This document shows, piece after piece, positions 1 through 12,018 of a stretch of DNA of 64,000 nt (its first letter is position 1; every line of letters starts with the position of its first letter). The stretch covers positions 34,782,001 through 34,846,000 of the forward strand of contig NC_043003.1 of the NCBI RefSeq assembly GCF_006345805.1. The letters are read 5' to 3'. Below the pieces are notes generated by a model that saw only the letters and a program-made list of their open reading frames with translations, ran no database searches and had not been told where the DNA came from. A program made the translations under genes and the position numbers. This DNA comes from Octopus sinensis (lineage: Eukaryota).

Positions 1-49
1 ACCGTTCGTTCGCACCGGGTCCGCTCTGATAAGATAGATTGATAATCAA

Positions 50-175
50 AAGCATCCCAAAGATATTTTTTGACTATCAGTTAATTAAATAATACACTAT
101 GTCCTTCCTGTATTTAAGCAAGTAGTGTGTGATTGAGGGAAATTTTGTTGCTATTTCCAGAAAGCTCACTGAACT
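50..175. repeat. Degenerate dispersed repeat (family F)
   Basis: Core gagggaaattttgttgctatttccag recurs in degenerate form at about 14100-14150 and 14490-14520, and reverse-complemented at about 44885-44915. Confidence 0.5.
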
Positions 176-589
176 CAGACAAGCTTCGAAACTGGTGAAG
201 ATCTAAAGAAACTGAAGTTAAAATTCCTATATTTCCTTGGTAATTTAATTAATATCTTCAAAAGATTTGTGGATATAAGGATTAACATATTAAGAAAATA
301 TTTGAAATTTTCGACTTCATGCTTGATAACACGTTGACTTTTATGAAAGAGTTATTTTGAGAATATATATCGAATGTAAATTATGGTTGCAGCAAGAATA
401 TAGTGCGGAAATTTGAAACTAGTAGCACAACCTTAGAATTTCATTGCAGATGATAATTATAAAGTATAGCTATCCTGTATTTATATCTATGTAGGTAAAC
501 GTTTCTGCTAAGAAATAAGCATTTTTTTAAATGGAAAGCATCGAACAATTCGTCACTAGGCCGACGCGCTATAGATTCAGTCAACTAGA

Positions 590-728
590 ATATATATATA
601 TGCGTGTGTGTGTGTGTATATGTATATATATATATGTATGTATGTATATATATATATAATATATATATATATTATATATATATTATATATATATATCTAA
701 GTTCCCTCTTATAACCTCAACTTCTCGC

Positions 729-762
<34 letters not shown>

Positions 763-775
763 ATATATATATAAA
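590..775. repeat. Compound (TA)n/(TG)n microsatellite
   Basis: Directly visible; representative of dozens of such tracts in the window. Confidence 0.95.
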
Positions 776-1695
776 ACTTTAGAATAAATTAGAAGAAATG
801 AAAGAAGAAATGATAGTGGAGAGTGAGTTGGCACGAAAATAAAGAAACGGGTTTATAAGGAATAACAAGAATACATTAAATGAGAAATAGAAGATAGAAG
901 AAAATAATGGATGTGAAAATAAGAGGAAAATGGTAAAGAAAATAAAAATACAAGAAAATTAATTAAAAAATAATAATTGAGACAAATGAGAGAAATGTAG
1001 AAAATGTATAATGAAATAAAAGAGAAGAAATGAAAAAAAAAGTACGAGCTCTCGAAACATATAAATTAAAATAACACACATTAAGAATAAGGAAAATACA
1101 AATGTAGTGCATATAATAAATATAGAGTAGGAGAAACAGAATATCTAGAAAAATGGGGAAAATTAATAAAAACAGAGAAAAATTGAAAAATAGAGAAATA
1201 AAATATTTGTGATAATAAAACATCAACGGAAAACAAATTTTGAAGAATTGCCACAAGAAAGTAAAGGGAAACTGAAAACAGAATGAAAAGAAGAAGTGAA
1301 CTCTTTGTTTTAAAATAATTACGCATTTAATAATTAGGCTGAGTGCGGCGAACGCTCAGGAGCAAAACCTAAGCTCCCAGCAAACTGAGACCGCTAAGTG
1401 GTTTCAAATTTGGGCCGAAGCCATTTCACATTCCACATGTCACTTATTCCCTTAGAACAGAATTGAACGTCATACTTCCATTTCCCCTACCGCTAAATAT
1501 GTAGTGCCTCTATAAATATCTTAAACAAAATAAGAAGACTCAGTAGCGTAGATCAATAAGTACGTTCTTCGTGAGCAAATAACACACTAATGCGTTTGAG
1601 AAAGTCATGGACGATACAAAAAAACTAATTTTCAGGAAGAAATCTAAAATCAAGTTGAGATAGCAAAGCTTCGCTTCGGAACTATGAGTATCTGT

Positions 1696-1889
1696 ATTAG
1701 ACTGGAGCCGTTTAATGCCTTGTAAGTGGATATGGTAGACGGAAACTGTATGGAGGCCCATCGTATATGTGTTTATATTTCTGTCTCAAAGTTTTGTATT
1801 TCTGTCTCAATGCTTGCTTAACTGTGTGAGTATGCTTGCGTCCCTTTAACAGCGGTTTGAACAAAGATTGTTAGAATAAGAACCAGACT
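1696..1889 (+). mobile_element. SINE family A, degenerate internal fragment
   Basis: aatgccttgtaagtggatatggtagacggaaactg ... agcggtttga ... agaataagaaccag matches the body of the intact copies at 41749 and 55055. Confidence 0.75.
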
Positions 1890-3108
1890 AGTGTTAAAAT
1901 AATAATACTCTGTTCCTTTTGGTCAACTAAACACTGCTGCGCCATCTTGGCCTCAGTCCGATGACAATAATAAGTAGAGAAAAGAGAATTTTGCTGAAGG
2001 TTTAGGTAAAAATGTTGTCAGGATGTATTTTGCTGTTCATCTACACAGGATTCTTGAGACAAACACCAGTCATTCGTTGAAGTTAGGGTTCACGAGACAA
2101 GCATCCTCGACACGATTCCTTGCAGAAATCAAAGAGAATGTAAATTAGTTTATAAAAAAAATTTCAAATTGCCAAATCCCTTGCTTGAATGATTTGACGT
2201 GGGGGTTGTCATGTTAACGTCCCAAACAATCCACTACATACTAAATTCTTTTGATAGCACAGGCATATAACCGACTAAAAAATTGAAAGAAATAGTACGC
2301 ACTGGATAATGTATTCTCAGATATATTATACTTGATGACACAAAAGATGGGATGCCTTATATCAGGAATACATTTGATCCCAAAATTGCTCTATCAGGAC
2401 TTTGAATTACACAACCACTGGAATTGTTTCCCAATTTCGTTTCGTTCAGTTTAGTTCTAAGATGCAAAACGATGAAGTTAGAGACTCGACGAAAAAAAAA
2501 AAAAAACTCTGGTATTTTAATATTCGACAAAGACAAAAATAAAACGATGATAACTATGTCCAAAACATTCCCCAGGACTATTTTGAAATTAATACGAAAA
2601 GGAAAAACAGCCATAACATTGCAAATTAAGACTGAAGTAAAATGAAAAGTTTTCTATGATTACCTTGTCAATGATTGTGAAAATAACAGAAAGAATGACA
2701 AAGTAGACAAACGAAAATCCAGACATTTCAGTTTAGCGGACAGCATCAACAGTAACAAGAACAACACATTCAAGAACAAATATACATCATTAACTAGAGA
2801 CTATTTTGTTTTTGATATTTTCTTTCGAAGGAGATCACAGCATTTGTAAGAAATAATAAGAATAAATAAAAAGATGCAGAAAACCAGGAACTAGGAAAAA
2901 AATAATGAACACTTCAAATAATGTTTGTGCGCGTGCGCATGCGTGTATTTTTCTGTCTGTCTGTGAGTGTATACGCGCACACACACACATACACACACAT
3001 AGGGTGAGAAAAATAGGCTGAAAGTTTGACAGATGGGTCGTCGAAACATTTATCTTGGAAGAAAGATGATTTTATATATAGAAATCACTCATTCATACAC
3101 ACTCACTG

Positions 3109-3140
<32 letters not shown>

Positions 3141-3216
3141 GCACACGCAAGTTCTATATATACGTGCATGGAGGAGATATTTACCAATGCACATATATAT
3201 GAATATACTGTATATG

Positions 3217-3275
<59 letters not shown>

Positions 3276-3567
3276 CTATATAAATAAGTATATAAATATA
3301 AGTGCGTGCGTGTGTGTCTGTAAGTGTGTCTATGTGTGTGTACGTGCGTGTGCATATATAGATGACAGCTTCTCTTACTCAAAATTCTAGCGATAAAGAT
3401 GCTACAGACATTTACGCGCGTGCGAACACACACACACACACATACACACAAACACGCAGGGACACAATCACATTCATACGAATAGTCTGAAAGATAGTCT
3501 GGTTTACAACCAGGAAGACACATGCATTTATAAGAGTATGTATGTGTTGAATACCAGGGTGATGCAG

Positions 3568-3636
<69 letters not shown>
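3568..3636. repeat. (GATA)n microsatellite
   Basis: Perfect tetranucleotide tract. Confidence 0.95.
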
Positions 3637-3637
<1 letters not shown>

Positions 3638-3800
3638 AGAGGAAGGCGGAGAGAGAGAAGGGAAAAAGAGAGAGTTATTAACGGAGAGAGGGATTGAAGG
3701 AGGTAAAGTGAAGAAGTGAGAGGGTAGAAAAAAGCAGGAGGGCGAGAGGAAAATAAGAGATAGTTCTATGACTTATATATAGAAAACAGAAACTACCACT

Positions 3801-3855
3801 TGACAATGCAAATTGATTGACAGGAAGGCAGTTACGTTCTGCAGAAATAACTGCC
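3801..3855. promoter_or_regulatory. Candidate enhancer core: POU octamer abutting a PBX-MEIS/PREP decamer
   Basis: TGACA (3801-3805), ATGCAAAT (3806-3813), TGATTGACAG (3814-3823), CAGGAAG, then an inverted ggcagtta/taactgcc pair. Motif match only. Confidence 0.4.
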
Positions 3856-4511
3856 GTGTACAGAAATAATGATTCCTTTTTGTTGTATTAAGATTTCAAT
3901 GGTTTTATTGGGAATAGGAATCGTGTTGTTGTGACTATCATGCTTTTCCCTAATGTACGGATGTTTGCAGTTAATAAAAATATAGACGCACTGCAATCCA
4001 CCAAGTCAGTTTACGAACTCTCACTCACAAAAAGGTCCGTTGTTTATGATTTTTGATGTAGGCACAAAGCTATAACTGTTTTTTCATGCGGGTGAGGCGA
4101 GGTGGGGCTATAATCGATTATATTCCCGCTGTACTTTGTTTGACTGATAGTCTATTACATCGACCATCGTATTATAGTTAGACAAAGACGGACGTACAAG
4201 GATTTGTACGCATTACTCTATGAAGTGTAAATAAACACAGCACTATAGTTTATCCAACGGTTTACTGATTCTCCCGCCCCAACGCTTTCGCAATGATAAT
4301 CATTTCTGACACAAGGGGAAAGCCAGCAAATACATACATACGTACATACATACAAATATGCATACATGCATACACGTACATACATACATACATACAAACT
4401 ACAAACTAGATCCTTCACATTATATATAGACTTGCATACATACGTAAGTACGCATATTCATATTATCACTACATAAGCATCGTATATATATATATATTAT
4501 ATTATATATAT

Positions 4512-4710
4512 GTAGGTCCCGGGTAATTCGGGGTTACCACAGTAATAAGTACTCAATACATAGCAGAGTAAATTTAATTTATTATATAGAAGGAGCTTCT
4601 ACAGGACTAAGAACTGGTTCTTCAAGAGAAATCATCAGAAGCACAGCTTCCTGATGATTTCTCTTGAATGAAACAGTTCTAGTCTGTAAAGCTCCTTTTA
4701 TATAATAAAT
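4512..4710. mobile_element. PLE-derived fold-back element (two divergent HHR-bearing pLTR-like ends)
   Basis: About 65-bp inverted arms 4577-4642 and 4646-4710 around a 3-nt loop. Each arm carries CTGATGA...GAA(A/C)...GTA and an AATAAA. Flanked by (TA)n. Confidence 0.7.
4645..4693 (+). ncRNA. Type I hammerhead ribozyme-like motif
   Basis: agcttc-CTGATGA-tttctcttgaat-GAAA-cag ttctagt ctg-TA-aagct. Core nucleotides are intact and stem III is ACAG/CTGT. Stem I is agctt/aagct with one unpaired C, and stem II is weak. Confidence 0.65.
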
Positions 4711-5029
4711 ATAGATATATATATATAGGTATATATATATATATAAATGTGTGTTCGTGTGTAATTATATGTGATTGTTTCTAAATAAGGATTAGATTTC
4801 GATGGGAAAGTTTAACAGAAGTCACCTTCCTCAGTATTTACCTAATACTTTATTTTATAACAAAGGAGGAATGGATAAAATTGCGAAAAGGGCCTCGTTA
4901 GAATCAGAAATCTGAATTTTAATATCCGAAGCTGTAACGATCTACCACTCCAGCTATTTGATAATTTTCAATTTAAGCAAATACTAGCAGTTTTGATAAT
5001 AGTAGGTTCGTCTGTTACAATGATACCAT

Positions 5030-5170
5030 AACTGACTGGTATTTTATTTTATCGGTACTGAAACGTAATTTGACCCCAGTAGTATTTGAACCCAAAACGT
5101 AAAATTTCGGAATAATAACTGTCGGGCATTTTGTCCGACGCCCTAATGACTTCACCGATTCGCCACCCTT
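5030..5170 (-). mobile_element. SINE family C, degenerate
   Basis: ctggtattttattttatcg...atttgaaccc...gcattttgtccgacgccctaatgacttcaccgattcgcc resembles the intact minus copy at 5402. Confidence 0.65.
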
Positions 5171-5269
5171 AAAAATTGTTCGTAGTATAGGTTCAAGGGA
5201 GTGGGGTGTGTTAATATAGAACATTGTTTTTGCTGGATTTGAACGCAAAACGTACAAGGCAATATTTCC

Positions 5270-5720
5270 GACGCTCGTTAGAATCGTTAGCACGCCGGGT
5301 AAAATGCTTAGCGGCATTTCGTCCCTCTTCACGTTGTGAGTTCAAATTCCGTCGGGGTCGACTTTAATTTTCATCCTTTTTGGGCCGATAAAATAAATAC
5401 CTATTTCTTTATTACCCACAAGGGGCTAAACACTGAGCGGATAAACAAGGACAGACATAGGTATTAAGTCGATTGCATCGACCCCAGTGCGTAATTGGTA
5501 CTTAATTTATCGACCCCGAAAGGATGAAAGGCAAAGTCGACCTCGGTGGAATTTGAACTCACAACGTAACGCAGACGAAATACCGCTAAGCATTTCGGCC
5601 GGCGTGCTAACGTTTCTGCCAGCTCGCCGATAAAATAAATACCAGTTCATCACTGGAGTCGATGTAATCGACAGAGTTCCTTTCCAAGAAATTGCTGGCC
5701 TTGTGCCAATATTTGAAATC
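5270..5720 (+). mobile_element. SINE family C host copy, split by a nested insertion
   Basis: Head agaatcgttagcacgccggg...gagttcaaattcc to 5401; resumes at 5630 with ataaaataaataccagtt...gctggccttgtgccaatatttgaaa. Confidence 0.85.
5402..5629 (-). mobile_element. SINE family C, near-intact nested copy
   Basis: tRNA-like head with B-box (rc gagttcaaattcc) plus body and tail. Bounded by the 18-bp direct repeat gccgataaaataaatacc (5384-5401 and 5626-5643). Confidence 0.9.
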
Positions 5721-6438
5721 AATATTTCCGACGCTTTGACGATTTCGCCAATCTGCGGCCCTATAAAATAATTAAAAGAAGAAAAATGAAATACCAACTC
5801 AGAATGTAAAGATGCTTAGATATTACCGGCTTTAAGGATTTGGCAAAACCTGGGGTTCATATAATAGTACTTTCTAACATAAGCACACGGTTAGAAGTTT
5901 CGTAGGAAGAGACAAGTTCTATTATATAGGCTGCCCTACTTGAAAGGTAAATAACATCGTCAGGCATGAAAGTATGAAAGACAAAGAAGTCGGCATTTGC
6001 GGAATCCGAACTAAAAATAAAAAGCAAAAAAGACGACACTAAATAACGCATGGTATTTCTTCTGATGCTCGACCGATTCTGTCACTCCAATACCCTAAAT
6101 GCTATTTCTTATAAGAAAATCAGAAGCATTTGATGTTGGTCAAATATTGGATTTAAAACAACAACAGCATTATCGAGAGCAGGAGTAACAGAAACAACAA
6201 CAACAACAACAGCATTATCAAGAGCAGGAGTAACAGAAACAATAACAACAAGATCTACAACAACAACACACATTCAAACAAACAAACAGGAAATTCAAAT
6301 ACAAAGGAAATGAAGGAAAAAATATGAAAACACTGTTATTGGATAGAAACGATATAAACAGCTCTTAATGGGATATGCATCCATTAAATAAATGTGTATA
6401 TTTTGTGAGTATGTGTATATAAAATTATGTAAACATAT

Positions 6439-6469
<31 letters not shown>

Positions 6470-7521
6470 GTAAAGATAGAGACAAGAGCAGAAGCATAGA
6501 AGCACATACATACATGTATGTAAGTATACATTCATACGCACACATATGCATGCAGACTTAGGCGTATGCAGACTTACACATACGTGTATCTTAATACATT
6601 TATGTTTATCTGAGCGTATTACTATACTATACGTGTACGCATGTGTGAATATATTATGTGTGTGTATGTGTGTGTGTGCGTGCGTGTCTATGTAAGTGTG
6701 TGTGCATGTGTGTGTTAGTGCGTGCGTGCGTGTTTGTGAATGTGTGTGTGTGTGTGTGTGCGTGTGTAAATATATTAATCTACATGAATATATATTTTCG
6801 CAAACAATTGTATTATACAAGACAGTAAGCGTCTATATATATTTATGTAGACACTTCATATTCACAGATATATACACGTCTCATCGAGCTTTATTATGTG
6901 TGTGTGTGTATGTGTATGTGTGTGTCTGTGTCTGTGCATGTATTTATGTATGTATGAATGTGTATGTGTGAGTGTATGTGTGTATGTATGTGCGTTTGTG
7001 TGTGTGTGTGTGTGTGCGTGTGTGTGTTTGTCGATATGTACAAATGTAAAAATACGGATATATATACATTATAGGTACATACATATATTTTTTAAAATAT
7101 ATACAACAAATATGTATAAAACTTATATCTTAAAGGAAACAGAAGAAAAATGTAGAAATGAAAGAAAAAAATACGAAGAGAGTGCGAGTGAGCGATAGAA
7201 AAAGGGAATAAAATTGGAGAAAGGCTGATAGAGAGAGATAGACCGAGAGAGACAGACCGACATAGACTGAGAGAAAAAGAAAGATACTGAGGAGGCGGTG
7301 TAATTGGTGGACATCAGTAGTCTTCATAACAAGATAGTAATAGTGTTTACGTTGATAGAACAGCATTGATCTGAAGGGTACAATTGTTTCGGTCCTTTCT
7401 GAAAATGGAACATTGAGAGACACTGAGTGAGAAGAATGAAAGGGAGAGGAAAAGTGTTGTGAGGAAGTAATAAGAGAGGAGTTGGGGGGAGGGAATATAT
7501 AAAGAAAGAAGGAAAGGGAAT

Positions 7522-7576
<55 letters not shown>

Positions 7577-7901
7577 ATGTAAAAAAAATAATTAAATAAA
7601 GTATTTATAAAAAAGAAGCAGATAGAAAGAATTAAAAGCAACTAACAAACTTTCCCCTCCTGAGTTCTGGGAAGATTAACCTCTAGCTGTACAAACCATT
7701 ATCGTGAATTGTGGAATATATCTTTTCAGAGATGAACCATTATGATATAGCGTACGATAACTCATAATAACATTCAGGTAACTTTTAATGGGAATATAAG
7801 TATTTGTTGAAAGACATCTTGTATAGCATAACCTCTGTTATAGACGCACACATAAATGTACATAGAAACACACATACAGACAGTGTGTGTATGTATGAAT
7901 G

Positions 7902-7932
<31 letters not shown>

Positions 7933-8159
7933 TTTGTTTGCATGTATGTATATATGAGTATGACTATATGTATCTATGTGTATGTGTGTGTGTGTGTGAG
8001 ATGAAAACTTAACATTTGCATATTTGTATATGAATGTACAATTATAAATCGATATTCATACAGATACAAGTGTATCTTATCTATACACATATATATACCG
8101 AAATGCAATCATACGCTCCTGCAGTTTGAGTACGTGGGCACGTGATTATACAGGCACGC

Positions 8160-8247
8160 ATACATACATACACACATGCATACATACATACATACATACA
8201 TACATACATACATACATACATACATACATACATACATACATACATGC

Positions 8248-8278
<31 letters not shown>

Positions 8279-8300
8279 CATACATACATACATACATAAG
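8160..8300. repeat. (CATA)n microsatellite
   Basis: Directly visible. Confidence 0.95.
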
Positions 8301-8514
8301 TACGTACATAAAAACATATTGATTATTTAGGTCGAGTTTATAGCATATATTACTCTGGAGTTTCTCCTGTATGTTGTTCTTTTCTAATATAACACATGTC
8401 CAGTGTTGTCTTTGAGGAAACGATTACAAGGGAAATCTTCAGAAGAATAGATACCTAAGTCAGTCTAAATTATTTATTGCATTCTACGTTTTACTCTAGA
8501 CGTATGCGTATACA

Positions 8515-9038
8515 GGCGCAGGAGTGGCTGTGTGGTAAGTAGCTTGCTAACCAACCACATGGTTCCGGGTTCAGTCCCACTGCGTGGCATCTTGGGCAAG
8601 TGTCTTCTGCTATAGCCCCGGTTCGACCAATGCCTTGTGAGTGTATATATGCTATAAACTCGACCTAAATAATCAATATGTTTTTATGTACGTATGTATG
8701 TATGTATGTATGTATGTATGTATGTATGTATGTATGTATGTGTGTATGTATGTATGTATGTATGTAGACGGAAACTGAAAGAAGCCTGTCGTATATATGT
8801 ACATATATATATATGTATGTGTGTGTATATGTTTGTGTGTCTGTGTTTGTTCCCCTAGCATTGCTTGACAACCGATGCTGGTGTGTTTACGTCCCCGTCA
8901 CTGAGCGGTTCGGCAAAAAGAGACCGATAGAATAAGTACTGGGCTTACAAAAAGAATAAGTCCCGGGGTCGAGTTGCTCGACTAAAAGGTAGTGCTCCAG
9001 CATAGCCGCAGTCAAATGACTGAAACAAGTAAAAGAGT
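8515..9038 (+). mobile_element. SINE family A, full length, interrupted by an inverted duplication at 8645-8763
   Basis: Head ggcgcaggagtggctgtgtggtaag...ggttccgggttcagtccc (A/B-box-like), central cttgggcaag motif, tail cagtcaaatgactgaaacaagtaaaagag. Confidence 0.92.
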
Positions 9039-9799
9039 ATGCATATTTATATGACTTAACAAGCCGAAACTTGAAGACCCAGTCAACTTGATTTTCACAA
9101 GTTTCTCTCCAAGTACAGACACAAAACATTTGTTAGTGTCTTGTTATTACTTTTAATAGTGCTTTAAAATAATTAACGTATTTTAACATTTACTAGTCGG
9201 TAAGCAGCTGCGATAGGGTTAAACATCCGCAACAAGAATGGAATTTATATATTCTATCCAAGAACCGTATATTCTGCTAGCTAAATCTGTCAATTTCATA
9301 GTGATTGCTCTAATGTCCTTAGTAATGCATGGATAATTTAACTCCCTATTGTTTTAGCAGATGGAATCAATTAGTATGATTATTCTTTCTTGGGTACCCA
9401 TGTATCGTTTATCAGTTACCTATGCATAATATATTTAATGTAAAGTGGATATAGCATTTATAGACATGTTGAAAATTATGATTCTTTGGTAATTATTTTA
9501 TACATTCATCACAATGCAACAAATTAAGCAAGTTGCCATAAGAGATCTTTTTTTTTTTTTCCCCTGGAGCTTATATGTTTCCAAATTTAAAATATATTTT
9601 CTTCTTTTCCTACAGTTATATATTTCCGCTTGATCTTCAAGTAATAAAAAAAAAGAAGCTACATCTTAATAGTGAACGTCAATGTGTGTGTGTATGAGGG
9701 AGAGAAAGAGAGATTTTGTGTGTATGAGTGTGTGTGTGAGTGTTATAGGGTGTATGTGCGCGTGTGTGTGCATGTGTGTGTGTACATATCTTTTACCTA

Positions 9800-10117
9800 T
9801 TTTTACTTGTTTCAGTCAGACTGCTGTCATGTTGGGGCACCACTTTGAAGAATTTTAATCGAACAAATCGACTGCATTACTTACTTACTTTTTTTTAAAC
9901 TCCTGATATGTATTCTTCGCTGAACCGCTAAGTTACGTAAGCGTAAACACACCAAAATAGGTTGGTAGCGGTAGTGAGGATTAGAGCATTTTAGTTCTTA
10001 TTTCTCGCAATGTACGTGTTTCTAACACCCTAGTTACATTTAGTGATGATTATAACTTTCCTTTTTGGTGAAACATTGCAAACTGCTGTCTGCATTACTA
10101 GACAGCAGTTTGCAATG

Positions 10118-10170
<53 letters not shown>

Positions 10171-10333
10171 GACTACCTTCTTCCGGTTACCGTCTACCAA
10201 ATCCACTCACAAGTCTTTTGTCTGATTGGGGGTATAAAAGAAATCACTTGCCCAAGATGCCACGCACTGGGACTGGAAGCAGAACCATGTAGTTTGGAAG
10301 CAAACTTCTTACCACACAGCCACGCCTACGCCT
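9800..10333 (-). mobile_element. SINE family A, older copy with unrelated sequence in its middle
   Basis: Head half at 10168-10333 (rc ggcgtaggcgtggctgtgtggtaag) and tail half at 9800-9970 (ttttacttgtttcagtc...gaaccgctaagttacg). Confidence 0.8.
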
Positions 10334-10689
10334 ATATGTATGTGTGTGACTGTGTGTGAGCGTGTTTCTATGCTTGTATATATGTACTTGTGTATATATG
10401 TGTGTGTGTATTTGTGAGTGTGTTAATTGTTTGCTTGTGCGTGTGCCTGTGTGTGAATACCTGGCTTGAGACCATAGGCGTAACAATTCATATCTTAGAC
10501 ATGGCCTTTGATTTCTAGTTTAGCGCTACTTGACGATACACAATCTAATCCCTAGCGATCTATGATAAATGATGTTCTATCTATTTCAGATGTCCCCCAA
10601 ACCATTCTCTCCCTATTACATTCCTTCTCTTTCTTTAATTTTCACTGTTATTAGTTAATCTTCAGACGTAAATTCCTTGCATGACTCAT

Positions 10690-11200
10690 CGAATTGGGTA
10701 TAAGATATTTTTCTTTCACATCACTCATTTGAAATACGAAACAGTGATCATGGTTCGAACCGAATAATTTAATCTTAGTTTCAATCCTCCTTTAAAGCAG
10801 AGATCGTATTAACTTTACCGAGTCTTCCATAGTTTCCAGCGGTAGACTCTGTTTCAAAACGAAGTTCTGAACATTAAAAGAATTCTTCTTACAAGGAATA
10901 TTACTCGAGAAATATCTCATATGTCTTGAACTTTCATTCAAACTTAATGTAGCCGAAGGAGAAAATGTAAACGTTGCATCTTTTGCGATAATAGAACGTC
11001 TTTGAGTAATGTGAAATCTATATTTAGGTCTTTTGAAGATCCGAACATAAAAAAGGCGAATCCATTTTCAATCTTGAGGTTTATTCATTGTGTTCAGATC
11101 GAGGTTAATAACCCCGAGGCTAAGAGATCGATTCAATCGGAATTCTATCCAACAATCTCCAGAAAGCTGATGTCATAATATGTCAACACCATCAGACTTA
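10690..11200 (-). mobile_element. Highly degenerate non-LTR retrotransposon RT C-terminal region (L2/Rex-Babar-like)
   Basis: Minus-strand translation KMQRLHFLLRL (10944-10985) resembles KAQQRLYFLRRL. Weaker flanking matches are DLNTMNKT upstream and KNILYPIR downstream. Multiple stops and frameshifts. Confidence 0.45.
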
Positions 11201-11449
11201 GCTGATATGAGAAAAGTATGTCCGTTCTGAAATGATTTTTCTTCGATTGCTGCCGCAGAATGTAGGAGACACTAAAGTTCTGAGGAAATGAGAGAAGTCA
11301 GAAGGTATGTGATAGATATGTTGCTGAAAAATTGTTAAAAATCTCTCCCAAAATTAATTAGTGGAAAAGAACATCCAAAAGCAATAATAAAAGAATAATT
11401 ATTTTTATACAGACATTTCTGCTAAATTGTAATTATTGTTACTGTATTG

Positions 11450-11650
11450 GTTTCAAATTTTAGCACATGTCCAGTGATTTCAGGAAAGAAGCTTAGTCGA
11501 TATCCCATCGATGCCAGTTCTCAACAGGAATATATATTTGATCGTCCCCGTCGATCTTGGAGGAATTTGAACTCAAAATTTTAAGACTGACTAAATGCCG
11601 TGATGCATTTTGTCCGGCTTTCTTACAATTTTTCCAGTTCGCTGCCTTGC
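11450..11650 (-). mobile_element. SINE family C, degenerate
   Basis: ggtttcaaattttagcacatgtccag...gaatttgaactcaaa...gcattttgtccggc...ccagttcgctgcctt. Confidence 0.7.
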
Positions 11651-11983
11651 GTTGCAAGAATATATCACGTGGTAGACATGTTAGAACGGGAATGTTTAAA
11701 TTGTATGTGTTTGAGAGCCGGGTTGAAGTATAGCTTTCTCAGCCTGGATAGGGGCAATTATTCTTGGAAATCTTATTTATAATGTATGTCAAATTAATTG
11801 GGAAAAGGATTAATATACATCATAACAGCGTTATTAACAAAAGAGGGTGGAAATGTATAGGAGACATAAGTAAAGGTTTTATATGTAGGAAAATGCAACA
11901 ATGGAGTTGTGTGTGTGTATGTGTGTGTGTATATATATATACGCATTTATTCTTCCGATTTCGATAAATCGATATATATATAT

Positions 11984-12018
<35 letters not shown>

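Noticed and set aside
1398-1416. tggtttcaaatt (WFQ) as a possible homeobox fragment, also at about 11449
   Set aside because: Not followed by NRR; the 11449 instance is part of a SINE C tail. No homeobox, miR-10, miR-993 or iab-4 sequence was found.
6165-6245. 45-bp tandem duplication; also a perfect 25-bp duplication at 23436-23485
   Set aside because: Only two units each with no spacers; ordinary slippage, not CRISPR-like arrays.
7372-7400. Minus-strand ggacc-GAAA-caattg-TA with a palindromic stem III
   Set aside because: No CUGANGA, stem II partner or stem I upstream; at most a fragment.
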